Assembly: GCA_963792965.1 (NCBI GenBank)
Contig: CAWBYW010000016.1
Span: 32,001 to 96,000 of the forward strand
Direction: 5' to 3'
Length of the DNA: 64,000 nucleotides
Origin: an uncultured delta proteobacterium
Lineage (GTDB): Bacteria > Desulfobacterota > Zymogenia > Zymogenales > Zymogenaceae
The position numbers and the translations under genes are program-made. Each line of letters opens with the position of its first letter. Position 1 is the first letter of the stretch. Shown piece after piece: positions 19,151 through 28,427 of this stretch. The notes under the pieces are model-generated. The model saw only the letters and a program-made list of their open reading frames with translations. It had not been told where the DNA came from and did not search any database.

Positions 19151-20074
19151 GTGCGTGAGATCATCAATACGAGGAACGTGACCAAGTCGTACGGACGGGT
19201 AAGGGCCGTTGACGGCCTGAGCCTGACGATCCGGGAGGGGGAGTTCTTCGGGTTTCTCGGACCCAACGGCGCGGGCAAAACCACCACCATCCGCATCCTC
19301 ACCGGCATTATTAGCCCCGATCACGGTGAGGTCACTATCGGCGGCCTTACCCCGCAAGAGAAGCGGGAAATCGGGCGTATTATCGGCGTCGTCCCGGAGA
19401 GCCGGGGCTTTTACGACTGGATGACCGCGGAGGAATATCTTGATTTCTTCGCCGCTCTCTATGGAATTAAAAAGGACGAGAAGGTGAAGCGTATTTCCTC
19501 CCTCCTCTCGGACACGGGTCTGCTCTCGGCAAGAGACAAGACAATCGGCGCATACTCCCGGGGGATGCGGCAGAGACTCGGACTTGCCCGCGCCCTGATC
19601 AACGGGCCGAAGATCCTCTTCCTTGACGAGCCGACCCTCGGGCTCGATCCCCAGGGCCAGGAGGATATTCAGCGTCTCCTGATGAATATGAACGGTCAGG
19701 GAGTAACGATCTTTTTGTCATCTCACCTGTTGCATGAGGTGGAAAACCTCTGCTCCACCATAGCGATTATCGATAAGGGACGCCTTGTTGCTCAGGGGAC
19801 AATAGACCAGCTGAGGCAAAAGACGCCTATGAGCGAGACGTATTATTTAAGGATAAAGGGTAGCGGCGCAGTTCTATTAAGGAGCGAGTTTTCGTCTTAT
19901 ATCGACAGCGTAAAGGAGAGGAGGGACGTTACCGACTTTATCTTTCATGGAACGTCGGAAGGGGCCAACAGGCTCCTTGATAAACTGCGGCAGAAGAAAA
20001 TCCCGGTTCTGGAATTTCGCACCCAGACAGAATCACTGACGGATATTTTTCTTAACCTGACCCCAAAATCATAA
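19151..20074 (+). CDS. ABC-2 type exporter ATP-binding protein
   Basis: GPNGAGKTT, YSRGMRQR, ILFLDEPT, SSH. Confidence 0.95.
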   Translation: MREIINTRNVTKSYGRVRAVDGLSLTIREGEFFGFLGPNGAGKTTTIRILTGIISPDHGEVTIGGLTPQEKREIGRIIGVVPESRGFYDWMTAEEYLDFFAALYGIKKDEKVKRISSLLSDTGLLSARDKTIGAYSRGMRQRLGLARALINGPKILFLDEPTLGLDPQGQEDIQRLLMNMNGQGVTIFLSSHLLHEVENLCSTIAIIDKGRLVAQGTIDQLRQKTPMSETYYLRIKGSGAVLLRSEFSSYIDSVKERRDVTDFIFHGTSEGANRLLDKLRQKKIPVLEFRTQTESLTDIFLNLTPKS

Positions 20075-20075
20075 T

Positions 20076-20846
20076 ATGTTTACAGAGATCTGGAAAAAAG
20101 AGGTCAAAGGAGAGCTGTATACCTGGAAGAGCATGCTCTGGCTCGTTATCGCATCTCTGCTCTTCAGCCTCACCAGCTATCTCCTTCTCACCGACAAAGA
20201 GCTGAGTCTGCTTGATCAGACCGAGATGCTCTGGATCCTGGCCAAAATAATCATCGCGACGGCTCTTTTGATTATAACGATCGACGCCTCATCGATAATC
20301 GCGGCCGAATTCGAGAAGGAGACTGCGGAGAGCCTTTTCCTTTCGCCCCTGAAGCTTTCCGACTTTATCCTCGGCAAATTGCTCGCGTGCCTTACCCTCT
20401 GGCTGTCGATATACGTCGTCGCGGTCCCCTATATCATCGTCACCTCCATGGGGACCAACCTGACCGTGCCCTTTCTCTGTTATGCCGCTCTCCTGGGAAC
20501 GCTCGGGGTTACGCCCCTGATCATCGTGATCTTCGGCATCTCCTTTTTGTTTCGCTCAAGCAAGAACACGCTCACCACGTCGCTGGTCATTCTCATGCTC
20601 TTTTCGGTCCCCGCACTCTTCTCCTCGACGCTAAAGAACAGCTTATTCTCACTAATTCTCGGAACGGTCAATCCCGTCGAAAATATCTTTGCGTCACTCG
20701 ATAACGTGCTGGTGGATTACCACGTTTCACTTGCCCGCAATCTGGTATATATAATTCCGTTGGCCATATTCCTGATTCTGGGGTTTGCTTTTCTGGTCTT
20801 TGCCGCGTGGCGCTTTCAAAGAGAGGGAGTTATCAAAAGCGGGTAG
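20076..20846 (+). CDS. ABC-2 type permease
   Basis: multiple TMs; EFEKETAESLFLSPL...ILGK motif. Confidence 0.88.
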   Translation: MFTEIWKKEVKGELYTWKSMLWLVIASLLFSLTSYLLLTDKELSLLDQTEMLWILAKIIIATALLIITIDASSIIAAEFEKETAESLFLSPLKLSDFILGKLLACLTLWLSIYVVAVPYIIVTSMGTNLTVPFLCYAALLGTLGVTPLIIVIFGISFLFRSSKNTLTTSLVILMLFSVPALFSSTLKNSLFSLILGTVNPVENIFASLDNVLVDYHVSLARNLVYIIPLAIFLILGFAFLVFAAWRFQREGVIKSG

Positions 20847-20853
20847 CCTCTAT

Positions 20854-21411
20854 ATGTCAATAAATAGGTTGGTCAGTATTACGCTGGTCTGTCTCATCGC
20901 GCTTGTCTCGCTCGGGACGGTGCTCGTTTTTGCGGCGGGCCGGCCGGCCGATGCCCCTTCTGTGTTGGTACTGGAAATCCTGTCGTCAAAGGATCTGAAC
21001 GGGACGGCCGGAGATTTCGTGACGGTAAAAGCGCGGATTACTAATAGAAGCGGTTATCCTATATCGGACGTAACTACCTATCTCTCGCTGGTCGATGCGG
21101 AAAATAAGCTCCCCGTCGATCTGGAGGATTGGAGCGTCGAAAGGGGTCTGTACATTGGAACCATCGGCCCTGGTCAAAGCTTTCCGCTGAACTGGAGGAT
21201 TCACTTCGTCAAAGCGGGCCGGTTTTCACTGGTGGTCATCGCCGACGAGGGGGACTCAGCCGTGCCGGTAGTAAGTGACATCACCCGTTTCACGGTTAAG
21301 CCGAAACGAAACCTCAACCCCGGGATGGTGCTCCCGGTCGCCCTCGGAACGCCCGTGCTGCTCGTCCTTCTCCTGTTTATCGTCAACGTCTCGCGAAAAA
21401 AGCGCCGATAG
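20854..21411 (+). CDS. exported Ig/CARDB-like protein with C-terminal TM and basic tail
   Basis: signal peptide, beta-rich core (VKARITN...IGPGQS...W), C-terminal TM + SRKKRR. Confidence 0.6.
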   Translation: MSINRLVSITLVCLIALVSLGTVLVFAAGRPADAPSVLVLEILSSKDLNGTAGDFVTVKARITNRSGYPISDVTTYLSLVDAENKLPVDLEDWSVERGLYIGTIGPGQSFPLNWRIHFVKAGRFSLVVIADEGDSAVPVVSDITRFTVKPKRNLNPGMVLPVALGTPVLLVLLLFIVNVSRKKRR

Positions 21412-21456
21412 GCTTTGAACGCCACACCGCACACGGAGCGGCGACCTTTTATATCT

Positions 21457-22470
21457 CTACCTCAGCTTGATCGTCTTTCCCCCCTGCCGCATGGATTTGT
21501 CCCCCGCCGTCAGCACACGCACCACCTCAAGCCCCTGCCGTGCGTCCGAGGCCGGCCTCTTTTTGTTCATCACGCAATCGACGAAGTGCCGTATCTCCAC
21601 CATCAGCGGCTCCTGAGTGGGAACCAGCGGGATGTTGATGTCGCCGTGGCGAATCGAGATGCTCTCTACGAAATCGGCCGTCGCCTTCACCTGCGCCCCT
21701 TTGTCGTAGATCCGGATCTTTTCGTTTGCCTCCATGTCGTCGAAGACGAGCATCTTCTTGGAGCCGACGACGACCGCTTTTCGCTCCTTGTGGGGGTCAA
21801 GCCACGACACGTGTATCTGGGCCATCCTGTCGCCGGGGAAAAAGAGGGTCATAAAGGCGACGTCCTCCACCCGCTTGTTGAGATATGCGCTCCCGTTGAC
21901 GGTGATAGACTCGGGTGTCTCTCCCATAAGGAACAACACGATCGATATATCATGGGGGGCCAGCGACCAGAGGACGTTCTCGTCTTTTCTCACGACGCCC
22001 AGGTTAAGGCGCTTGGTGTACATGTAGTAAATTTCCCCGATCTCTCCCCGCGAGATGATATCGGAGATCATCGACGTCGCCGGATGGTAGATGAGGAGAT
22101 GCCCCACCATGAGGGGAGGCGCTCCGTCTCTTTCCGACATCTTGACCAGTCTCTCGGCGTCTTTAAGAGAAAGCGTCATCGGTTTTTCTACAAATACCGC
22201 CTTACCGGCCCCAAGAAACCGCTCGGCGAGCCCTGCGTGGGTCGGGGCCGGGGTGGCGATCAGCACGGCGTCGATATCCTGGCTCTTAACCACGATATCG
22301 GGATCATCGATAAAGTCGACGCCGGGATACTGCCCCGAGAGCGCCATGCGCCGCTCGGGGTTGATGTCGCATACGTATGCCAGGCGCACGGAGTCTATGC
22401 GCGCAAGCGTCCTGAGGATATTCGAACCCCACCCGCCTGCGCCGATCAGCGCGGTCTTAAGCTGCTGCAT
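21457..22470 (-). CDS. Gfo/Idh/MocA family oxidoreductase
   Basis: GAGGWG, FVEKP, SLAPHDISI. Confidence 0.92.
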   Translation of the reverse strand: MQQLKTALIGAGGWGSNILRTLARIDSVRLAYVCDINPERRMALSGQYPGVDFIDDPDIVVKSQDIDAVLIATPAPTHAGLAERFLGAGKAVFVEKPMTLSLKDAERLVKMSERDGAPPLMVGHLLIYHPATSMISDIISRGEIGEIYYMYTKRLNLGVVRKDENVLWSLAPHDISIVLFLMGETPESITVNGSAYLNKRVEDVAFMTLFFPGDRMAQIHVSWLDPHKERKAVVVGSKKMLVFDDMEANEKIRIYDKGAQVKATADFVESISIRHGDINIPLVPTQEPLMVEIRHFVDCVMNKKRPASDARQGLEVVRVLTAGDKSMRQGGKTIKLR

Positions 22471-22471
22471 C

Positions 22472-23455
22472 TCACTCCCAATATTGAGTATGATATTTCC
22501 GGTAATAATCAACCGTCTTTTCGAGCCCCTCCGCAATGCCGGTCATCGGCTGCCACCCGACGATCCTCCTGATCTTGGTGATGTCGGAGTAGAAGTGCCC
22601 GGGCTCAAGGGCCGCCCGATCCGGGGTCGGCGGGACAAAGATCAGCTCGGCACCGGTGATCTCGGCGATTGCCTCGCACAGTTGCCGTATGGTCGTGGGG
22701 CTGTCCACCCCGACGTTGAACACCTCACCCACCGCGCCCGGAGCGGTCGCCGCAGCTATGATTGCGTCCACGCAATCCTCGATATAGAGGAAATCCCTGA
22801 TCATGCTGCCGTCCCCGAATATGGTGATCGGCTCCCCGGATAGGGCAAGCCGCACAAACCAGTTTACCACCCCGAATCGCGAGTGCTTCATCTGGCCGCG
22901 TGGTCCATAGGTGTTGGTGATGCGGAGCATTACGCCCGGTATCCCGTGGGTATCGTTGTAGGCCTTGACGATCTTCTCGGCGGTGAGGTTTGAGATCTCG
23001 TAGATGCCTTTGGGGTTGGTGGGGGTCTCCTCGTCAACGGGGAGCTTCGTCACGGAGCCGTACTCCCCCCGGGTGCCGGTGTAGATCACCTTCGCGCTTG
23101 GGTTATATTTTCTCAGCGCCTCCATGACAACCGTCGTCCCTTTGATGTTGATGTCTATGTCGGGGAAGGGGTCATTGAGGCTCATGACGTGGCAGACCTG
23201 GCCCGCCAGGTGAAAGACGTAGTCGACGTCTGCCGCCAGCAGGTTCATCGCGTTGACGTCCCGGATATCGGAGAAGTTAACCCGGACCCTGTCCTTGATC
23301 GGCTCGATGTTGAAGAGGTTTCCGCCGTAGTCCGGGAGCATCGCGTCGACGAGCGTCACGTGGGCCCCGAGGCCGACGAGCCGAATGGCGAGATTGCTCC
23401 CGGTGAACCCGAGCCCGCCGGTGATGAGGACGTTCTTGTCTTTAAACGTGTCCAT
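22472..23455 (-). CDS. NAD-dependent nucleotide-sugar epimerase/dehydratase
   Basis: TGGLGFTG, FHLAG, RITNTYGP, RDFLYIED. Confidence 0.92.
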   Translation of the reverse strand: MDTFKDKNVLITGGLGFTGSNLAIRLVGLGAHVTLVDAMLPDYGGNLFNIEPIKDRVRVNFSDIRDVNAMNLLAADVDYVFHLAGQVCHVMSLNDPFPDIDINIKGTTVVMEALRKYNPSAKVIYTGTRGEYGSVTKLPVDEETPTNPKGIYEISNLTAEKIVKAYNDTHGIPGVMLRITNTYGPRGQMKHSRFGVVNWFVRLALSGEPITIFGDGSMIRDFLYIEDCVDAIIAAATAPGAVGEVFNVGVDSPTTIRQLCEAIAEITGAELIFVPPTPDRAALEPGHFYSDITKIRRIVGWQPMTGIAEGLEKTVDYYRKYHTQYWE

Positions 23456-23465
23456 GCCCGAGCGG

Positions 23466-24032
23466 TCATCCCCTCTCGATACGGTAGCGCCTTCTCCCCT
23501 CGGCGAAAATGTCGTTGCCCAGACAGTCCATCGCAACGATCGCGGGAAAATCGCGGACGACGAGCTCCCTCACCGCCTCAGGTCCCAGGTCTTCCAGCGC
23601 GATCACCCGGGCGGCCGTGATAGAGCGCGCCAGCAACGCGCCGACGCCCCCGGTGGCCGCAAAATAAACAGCGGTGTGATCCATGAGGGCCTGTCTGAGT
23701 TCAGGTGTTCGATCGCCCTTCCCAATCGTCCCTTTGACGCCCAGCGAGTGAAGCCGGGGGGCAAACGAGTCCATCCGGCGCGCAGTCGTGGGGCCGGCCG
23801 ATCCGATCACGGAGCCGGGTGGCGCCGGCGTCGGCCCAACATAATAGATTACGGCGCCAAAGGGGTCAAACGGGAGCGGCTTTCCCCGATCGAGGAGCTC
23901 AATGAACCGGCGGTGTGCGGCGTCCCGCGCCGCATAGACGATCCCGGATATTGCGACGAGCGTGCCGGCCGTCAGCTTTCTGACGACCTCATCCGAAAGC
24001 GGTGTTTTTACGGAAACGATATTCTCGCCCAC
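23466..24032 (-). CDS. Fe-S hydro-lyase beta subunit (fumarate hydratase/tartrate dehydratase type)
   Basis: ARDAAH, GSAGPTTARRM, IGKG, DLGPEA. Confidence 0.92.
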   Translation of the reverse strand: MGENIVSVKTPLSDEVVRKLTAGTLVAISGIVYAARDAAHRRFIELLDRGKPLPFDPFGAVIYYVGPTPAPPGSVIGSAGPTTARRMDSFAPRLHSLGVKGTIGKGDRTPELRQALMDHTAVYFAATGGVGALLARSITAARVIALEDLGPEAVRELVVRDFPAIVAMDCLGNDIFAEGRRRYRIERG

Positions 24033-24210
24033 TGGACCGGTTCCCCCGCCAAAAACGGCTTGTTTAGCGTATCATACTCCGTAAGAAAAGACAATCCCCG
24101 ATCGTTGAGCGGTGCGGCTTGGTAGAAGACGTTCTCCAGCACAAGTACGACCCGATCGTTTTCGGCTGGGTCAAGTGATCGTTCATGGTGACCTCCTGAG
24201 GCCGTACGCC

Positions 24211-24269
24211 GGCTAACGATTGAACTATACGGCGCGGCCCTTTGCGTCCGCAGCAGTGAATGGTTAGGC
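24211..24269 (-). mobile_element. integron attC site (59 bp)
   Basis: minus strand GCCTAAC...GTTAGCC, overlapping the methyltransferase stop; opposite strand folds with extrahelical G and T. Confidence 0.8.
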
Positions 24270-25010
24270 CATCCCAACGCCAGAGACAACCATGCGATAC
24301 CCAAAGTCGGTTTCATTTTTTTCAAGAAGATCGGCATATCTCTCGTGCCACAGACCGGTAGATATATCGGTCTTCAAGCGATCCAGCCCTTCTTCAACAT
24401 CATGGACTCTCGAAAACGTTGAAATGGCGCTCCTGACTCCTTCATCGAGGTAAGCCTCGGGACGGCGCCAATAAGCACACAAAAACCCGTCAGTACAATC
24501 ATGCGGTATTGGCACCACGACAGACCGAACAGGACCTATCCAGGATGACAGCTGTTTTATTGACGGGAACATCGATTCATCGATCGACTTAATCTGGGGC
24601 AGATAGTCTAAAAGCCAGAAGTGGGAGGCAAACCCGATCCATGTCAGCAGGATTATCTTCCCCTTTGCGACCCGCAGTGCCTCTTTCAGGCCTCTTTCGA
24701 CGTCTGACCAATGATGAATTGTCAGAATAGCCATGGCACAGTCGAATGTGTCTTGCCGGAAAGGAAGAGCCTCTGCGCGGGCACAAACGATAGCGGCCTT
24801 GTGCTTCCTTCGCTGGTCAATCATCACCCGAGACGGTTCAACTGCAGTCACCTCTCTATCATTAGGTTCATAAGAGCCCACTCCGGCACCAATGTTCACA
24901 ATTGCGCGAGCATCGGCGAGTTCCCGGGAGAGAACAGCTATAATTCTATTATCAGGCAACCGATAGTCGCGATATTGCTTTCCGATGCTGTCGTACAGAA
25001 CTGTTGCCAT
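24264..25010 (-). CDS. class I SAM-dependent methyltransferase (gene cassette)
   Basis: NIGAGVGSYEP, AVEPS, AEALPF, TIHHW, DGFLCAYWRRPE. Confidence 0.9.
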   Translation of the reverse strand: MATVLYDSIGKQYRDYRLPDNRIIAVLSRELADARAIVNIGAGVGSYEPNDREVTAVEPSRVMIDQRRKHKAAIVCARAEALPFRQDTFDCAMAILTIHHWSDVERGLKEALRVAKGKIILLTWIGFASHFWLLDYLPQIKSIDESMFPSIKQLSSWIGPVRSVVVPIPHDCTDGFLCAYWRRPEAYLDEGVRSAISTFSRVHDVEEGLDRLKTDISTGLWHERYADLLEKNETDFGYRMVVSGVGMA

Positions 25011-25030
25011 CGGGAACTCCATTTCGGGAT

Positions 25031-25095
25031 GCCTGACGTTTACATAACGTGCGGCGCGGCTTGTCCGCAGAGTTACGTTGAAGCGATTGTTGGAT
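25031..25095 (-). mobile_element. integron attC site (65 bp, core GTC variant)
   Basis: minus strand ATCCAAC...GTCAGGC; CATAACGT/ACGTT[G]AAG L-box with extrahelical G; 8 nt downstream of the dinB-family stop. Confidence 0.72.
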
Positions 25096-25103
25096 ATTTT
25101 CCC

Positions 25104-25619
25104 CTAAACTAAATACGCGAGACTGCTATAGTCGTTTTCTATTCCCAACATTTCCAAGTATATGGATATCATACCTCTGTGATGTGTCTGATGGTTAAAC
25201 ATATTGAGGACTAATCCGCCAAAACTGCGATTATGTTCCGTTCCCCTCAGATCCGTATATTTTAAATCCCGTTCCAGATCGGCTTCCGTTATCTCATTTA
25301 TAAACCTAATGATGAGCTTATCCAGATATTCTCTTTTAGATAGATATTCTTTTTGGGTTTCGAATGCATCCGCTCCAAAAGCTATTTCATTTAGAAATAC
25401 TCTGTCCGTTATATACTGAAAATCTCGCAATTTGCTGAAACGCTTTAACCAATTGAAATCTGCGACATAGATATGGTTACACATCTTAAAGATACTGGGG
25501 AAGAAGGTATTAAAATTACGATTCCACTGACTCTCATCCAATTGAGAGATAAATCTATTCATTTCACTATTTGTCTTTTCATTATACGTGGCTAAGAGCC
25601 GAACAGTATTGGTATCCAT
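25104..25619 (-). CDS. DinB family protein (gene cassette)
   Basis: YNEKTN, FFPSIFKMCNHI, FNHQTHHRG; AT-rich. Confidence 0.9.
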   Translation of the reverse strand: MDTNTVRLLATYNEKTNSEMNRFISQLDESQWNRNFNTFFPSIFKMCNHIYVADFNWLKRFSKLRDFQYITDRVFLNEIAFGADAFETQKEYLSKREYLDKLIIRFINEITEADLERDLKYTDLRGTEHNRSFGGLVLNMFNHQTHHRGMISIYLEMLGIENDYSSLAYLV

Positions 25620-25805
25620 TTGTTCTTCACTCCTTCGCAGATAGTCTTGATGTTTTAAGGGGCGCGATAGCGTCCAGCTAAAGCCCATCGACCGGACTGC
25701 GAACGGCCGCCGGGCCACGGTTGAGGGCGAGGGTGCGTATCGGTTCGGCGAACGGCTTCCGGCGCATCCATTGCGCGAGTCCCAGGGGCCGCCGGTTTCT
25801 ACCGC

Positions 25806-26240
25806 CTATTTCTTTTCGGCCCGCGCCTTCAGCGCCTTATTCATTGCCAGGAAGCCATTTCGCGTCTTGGTTTCGAGCATCTTCCGAAGAAAAGGGACGA
25901 GGATTCCGCGGAAACGCTCCCGCTGAACGAAAAGCACCGAGCTCCCACCCGCCGGCTCGATAGTAAAGATATGCTCCCCGTCGAAAAGCCCTCCGACGAA
26001 GAGCTTGCCTTTCCATCTGAGCTCGCGGTTGGGCCTTACCCTCAGTACCTTCGGGGTGAAACGCGCGGGCTTGCCGCCCGGCTGCGTCATCGTTACATCG
26101 AGGCGGGAACCGACCCTCAGCTCTCCGATGATCCTGCTGATAAACGGATTCCACGAGGGATATGCGTCAAAATCGGTGAGTATTTCCCAGACGTGGGGGG
26201 GCCGCGCCTTGATTTCGATTTCAGTTGTGATCTCCCTCAT
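25806..26240 (-). CDS. SRPBCC domain protein
   Basis: VWEILTDFDAYPSWNP, LFDGEHIF, MNKALKARAE. Confidence 0.88.
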   Translation of the reverse strand: MREITTEIEIKARPPHVWEILTDFDAYPSWNPFISRIIGELRVGSRLDVTMTQPGGKPARFTPKVLRVRPNRELRWKGKLFVGGLFDGEHIFTIEPAGGSSVLFVQRERFRGILVPFLRKMLETKTRNGFLAMNKALKARAEKK

Positions 26241-26317
26241 CGCTCTGTCCTCCGTTTTTTCTCTGCGTTTCCGCCGGTTCATGGGCGGGCGCCTTTAGGT
26301 AAACTCATCCGCCGACG

Positions 26318-26352
26318 AAAAAGCCCCAAGAAACGGCGTCTTCTTGGGGCTT
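26318..26352 (-). terminator. intrinsic terminator-like hairpin
   Basis: AAGCCCCAAGAA/TTCTTGGGGCTT inverted repeat with T-run on minus strand. Confidence 0.55.
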
Positions 26353-26666
26353 CCGGCACGATACATCCGAAATCCCAAACGGACACGAACATCCAAAAGC
26401 ACGCTATCGTCTCGGCGTTCTAAAGGAGATGTCGCATGACACATAAGGGGTTCTCTTGTGCACGCCCCGCCTAAAACGAAATCCCGGGTGAGTGCCGACT
26501 CACCGGCAAGCCGCACCCGCCGGTGAGTCCGGTCTGTGTCTTCTCAATAAGTCTGTTGGGGATGCGAGTCTTCAGTTGAGATAAGCGTTCACTTTTGCCC
26601 TGACCCGCGCGAGACTGCGTTTCATCTCGCCGGCTTTCCCTCCGAAAACGAAGTTTCCCAGGGGTA

Positions 26667-27059
26667 CTACGCGAGGGCGATCTTCTTGCTCGACTCCCAG
26701 AGTCCGTGGATGTTACACAGGGCTACGGCGTGGAGCGTCCCGGGCTTGTTGGTCTTGAACGAGAACGTGGCCTCATGGTTGGTGTAGACGGGCCCCTGAT
26801 TGGCGCCGGCCACGGCCTCGCCGTGCGCGTTGAATTCGAAGCGTCCCAACTCGTAGATATATTTATCGTCGTCAGGGGAGAAGAAACACTGAATCCACCT
26901 GATGTGGTGCTCGGTGGTGTTGGGATGCGCGACGGCCTTCCCGAGGGAGACCGTTACTTTCACGAATTCATCCGCCTTGACTTTGTCGGGACAATCGATA
27001 ACGGGGACGTGCTTTTCCTTTTGCCAATCGGCCTCTTGGATCTTTTCGGATATGCGCAT
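26667..27059 (-). CDS. sor: superoxide reductase (neelaredoxin-type, single catalytic domain)
   Basis: EKHVP, HPNTTEHHIRW, CNIHGLWE. Confidence 0.93.
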   Translation of the reverse strand: MRISEKIQEADWQKEKHVPVIDCPDKVKADEFVKVTVSLGKAVAHPNTTEHHIRWIQCFFSPDDDKYIYELGRFEFNAHGEAVAGANQGPVYTNHEATFSFKTNKPGTLHAVALCNIHGLWESSKKIALA

Positions 27060-27100
27060 GGGTTCCTCCAGATATGAATGGATAAGAAAAAACACCGGTT

Positions 27101-27115
27101 TTTTAATTATTATAC
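27101..27115. promoter_or_regulatory. PerR/Fur-like box overlapping the -10 of sor
   Basis: TTTTAATTATTATAC, 13/15 to TTATAATnATTATAA; contains minus-strand TATAAT. Confidence 0.5.
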
Positions 27116-27338
27116 CGGTGTTTATCCGAAAAGAAAAGGGCCGCCCTTCACTTTTTTGGCTTCGTTTGATACGTCGTGAGCTCTCCTGATGACAAAATAG
27201 CGGACCGCGGGGGCTCCATCTCGAGACGTGGCAGAGATGTACCGTTCTGGCATATGGCCCGGATCGAGGATGATGAGCGTGCGTCCACCGGCGGACTCAT
27301 CGAATATGCGGCGTACCGGAAGCGATATGCGCCGCCCG

Positions 27339-28367
27339 TTATGACGGATCGGGAAGGCCAAACAGCGCCTTCGCGTTGAGGCCGAGGATCTTTTCCTGGT
27401 CGGGTGCCGAGAGCCCAAGCTCGTTTGTGATGATGTCGATGTGTTCCTTCGGGCTGATCGGGACCGGGCCATAATCCGTTCCCAACAGAACGTGATCGAT
27501 GCCGAAGACCTCGATGGCGTGTCGAATGCCGGCGGGGTCAAAGCCCATGGTGTCGACCCACAGGTTGTGTCTGACGTACTCGATCGGGTCTTTTTCGTTT
27601 TTCGGCTTCTGGTAATTCAGGAAGCCGTCATAGCCGAGCCGGTCGCCGAACCGAAGCCTGGGCAGGCACATGGTAAAACCGCCTCCCATGTGGGCCAGGA
27701 CCAGCCTGACGTTCGGGAATCGGTCAAAGAGCCCCGTCATGATCATCAGCGAGACGCACAGCGCCGTGTCGGCGGGGCGGCCGACGGTCTCCTCGAATTT
27801 ATACCGGTCCATCCACTCCCAGCCGTAGGGGAGAAAGCCGGGATGCAGGTAGACCGGTATCCCTCTGTCGTTGACGAATTCCCAGAAGCGATAGGTTGCC
27901 GCCGTATGGCTGTAGACGAGGTCGGTCGTCCCGTAGCTCGTGTCGACGGCAAGGCCCAAAAAGCCGAGCTCATCGACACACCGTCGGGCCTCCCGCACCG
28001 CCTTCCTCCCGTCGTGAGGCTTCACGGTGCCGTAGGGGAAGACGAGATCGGGATAGTCGTCCCGGATCCGGGCCATCGCGTCGTTATGCGCCCGGGCGAC
28101 GGCGATCGTCTGCATATCCAAGAGCTCCCCGCCCATGGTGACGATCATCGCCTGGTGGAGCATGACGTGGGTGAGCCCCGCCTCCCTGCAGACCCGCATA
28201 TGGAGGTCGACGTCGATAAAATCCTCCTCGCTTTTGTAGGAGACGCCGCGCCAGCGGACGACCGGGGCGCCGCTGGAGAAATCGAGCACGCCCGATCCGG
28301 TAGCGACCTCCGCCAACTCCCGCGGCAGCACGTGATTCTGCACATCGACGATGATTTGTTTTTTCAT
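27339..28367 (-). CDS. amidohydrolase_2 family protein (ACMSD-like)
   Basis: DVQNH, YLHP, LAHMGG, LLGTDY, ILGLNA. Confidence 0.88.
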   Translation of the reverse strand: MKKQIIVDVQNHVLPRELAEVATGSGVLDFSSGAPVVRWRGVSYKSEEDFIDVDLHMRVCREAGLTHVMLHQAMIVTMGGELLDMQTIAVARAHNDAMARIRDDYPDLVFPYGTVKPHDGRKAVREARRCVDELGFLGLAVDTSYGTTDLVYSHTAATYRFWEFVNDRGIPVYLHPGFLPYGWEWMDRYKFEETVGRPADTALCVSLMIMTGLFDRFPNVRLVLAHMGGGFTMCLPRLRFGDRLGYDGFLNYQKPKNEKDPIEYVRHNLWVDTMGFDPAGIRHAIEVFGIDHVLLGTDYGPVPISPKEHIDIITNELGLSAPDQEKILGLNAKALFGLPDPS

Positions 28368-28427
28368 GGGTATGATCCTCAATAATTTAGGTGGACAGGA
28401 AACGTACTGAGAATCATTGCATTTGCG

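Noticed and set aside
26283-26666. Small ORF or ncRNA between SRPBCC and sor (GACTCACCGGC/GCCGGTGAGTC hairpin)
   Set aside because: Hairpins are real, but I recognise no family and no credible ORF; insufficient support.
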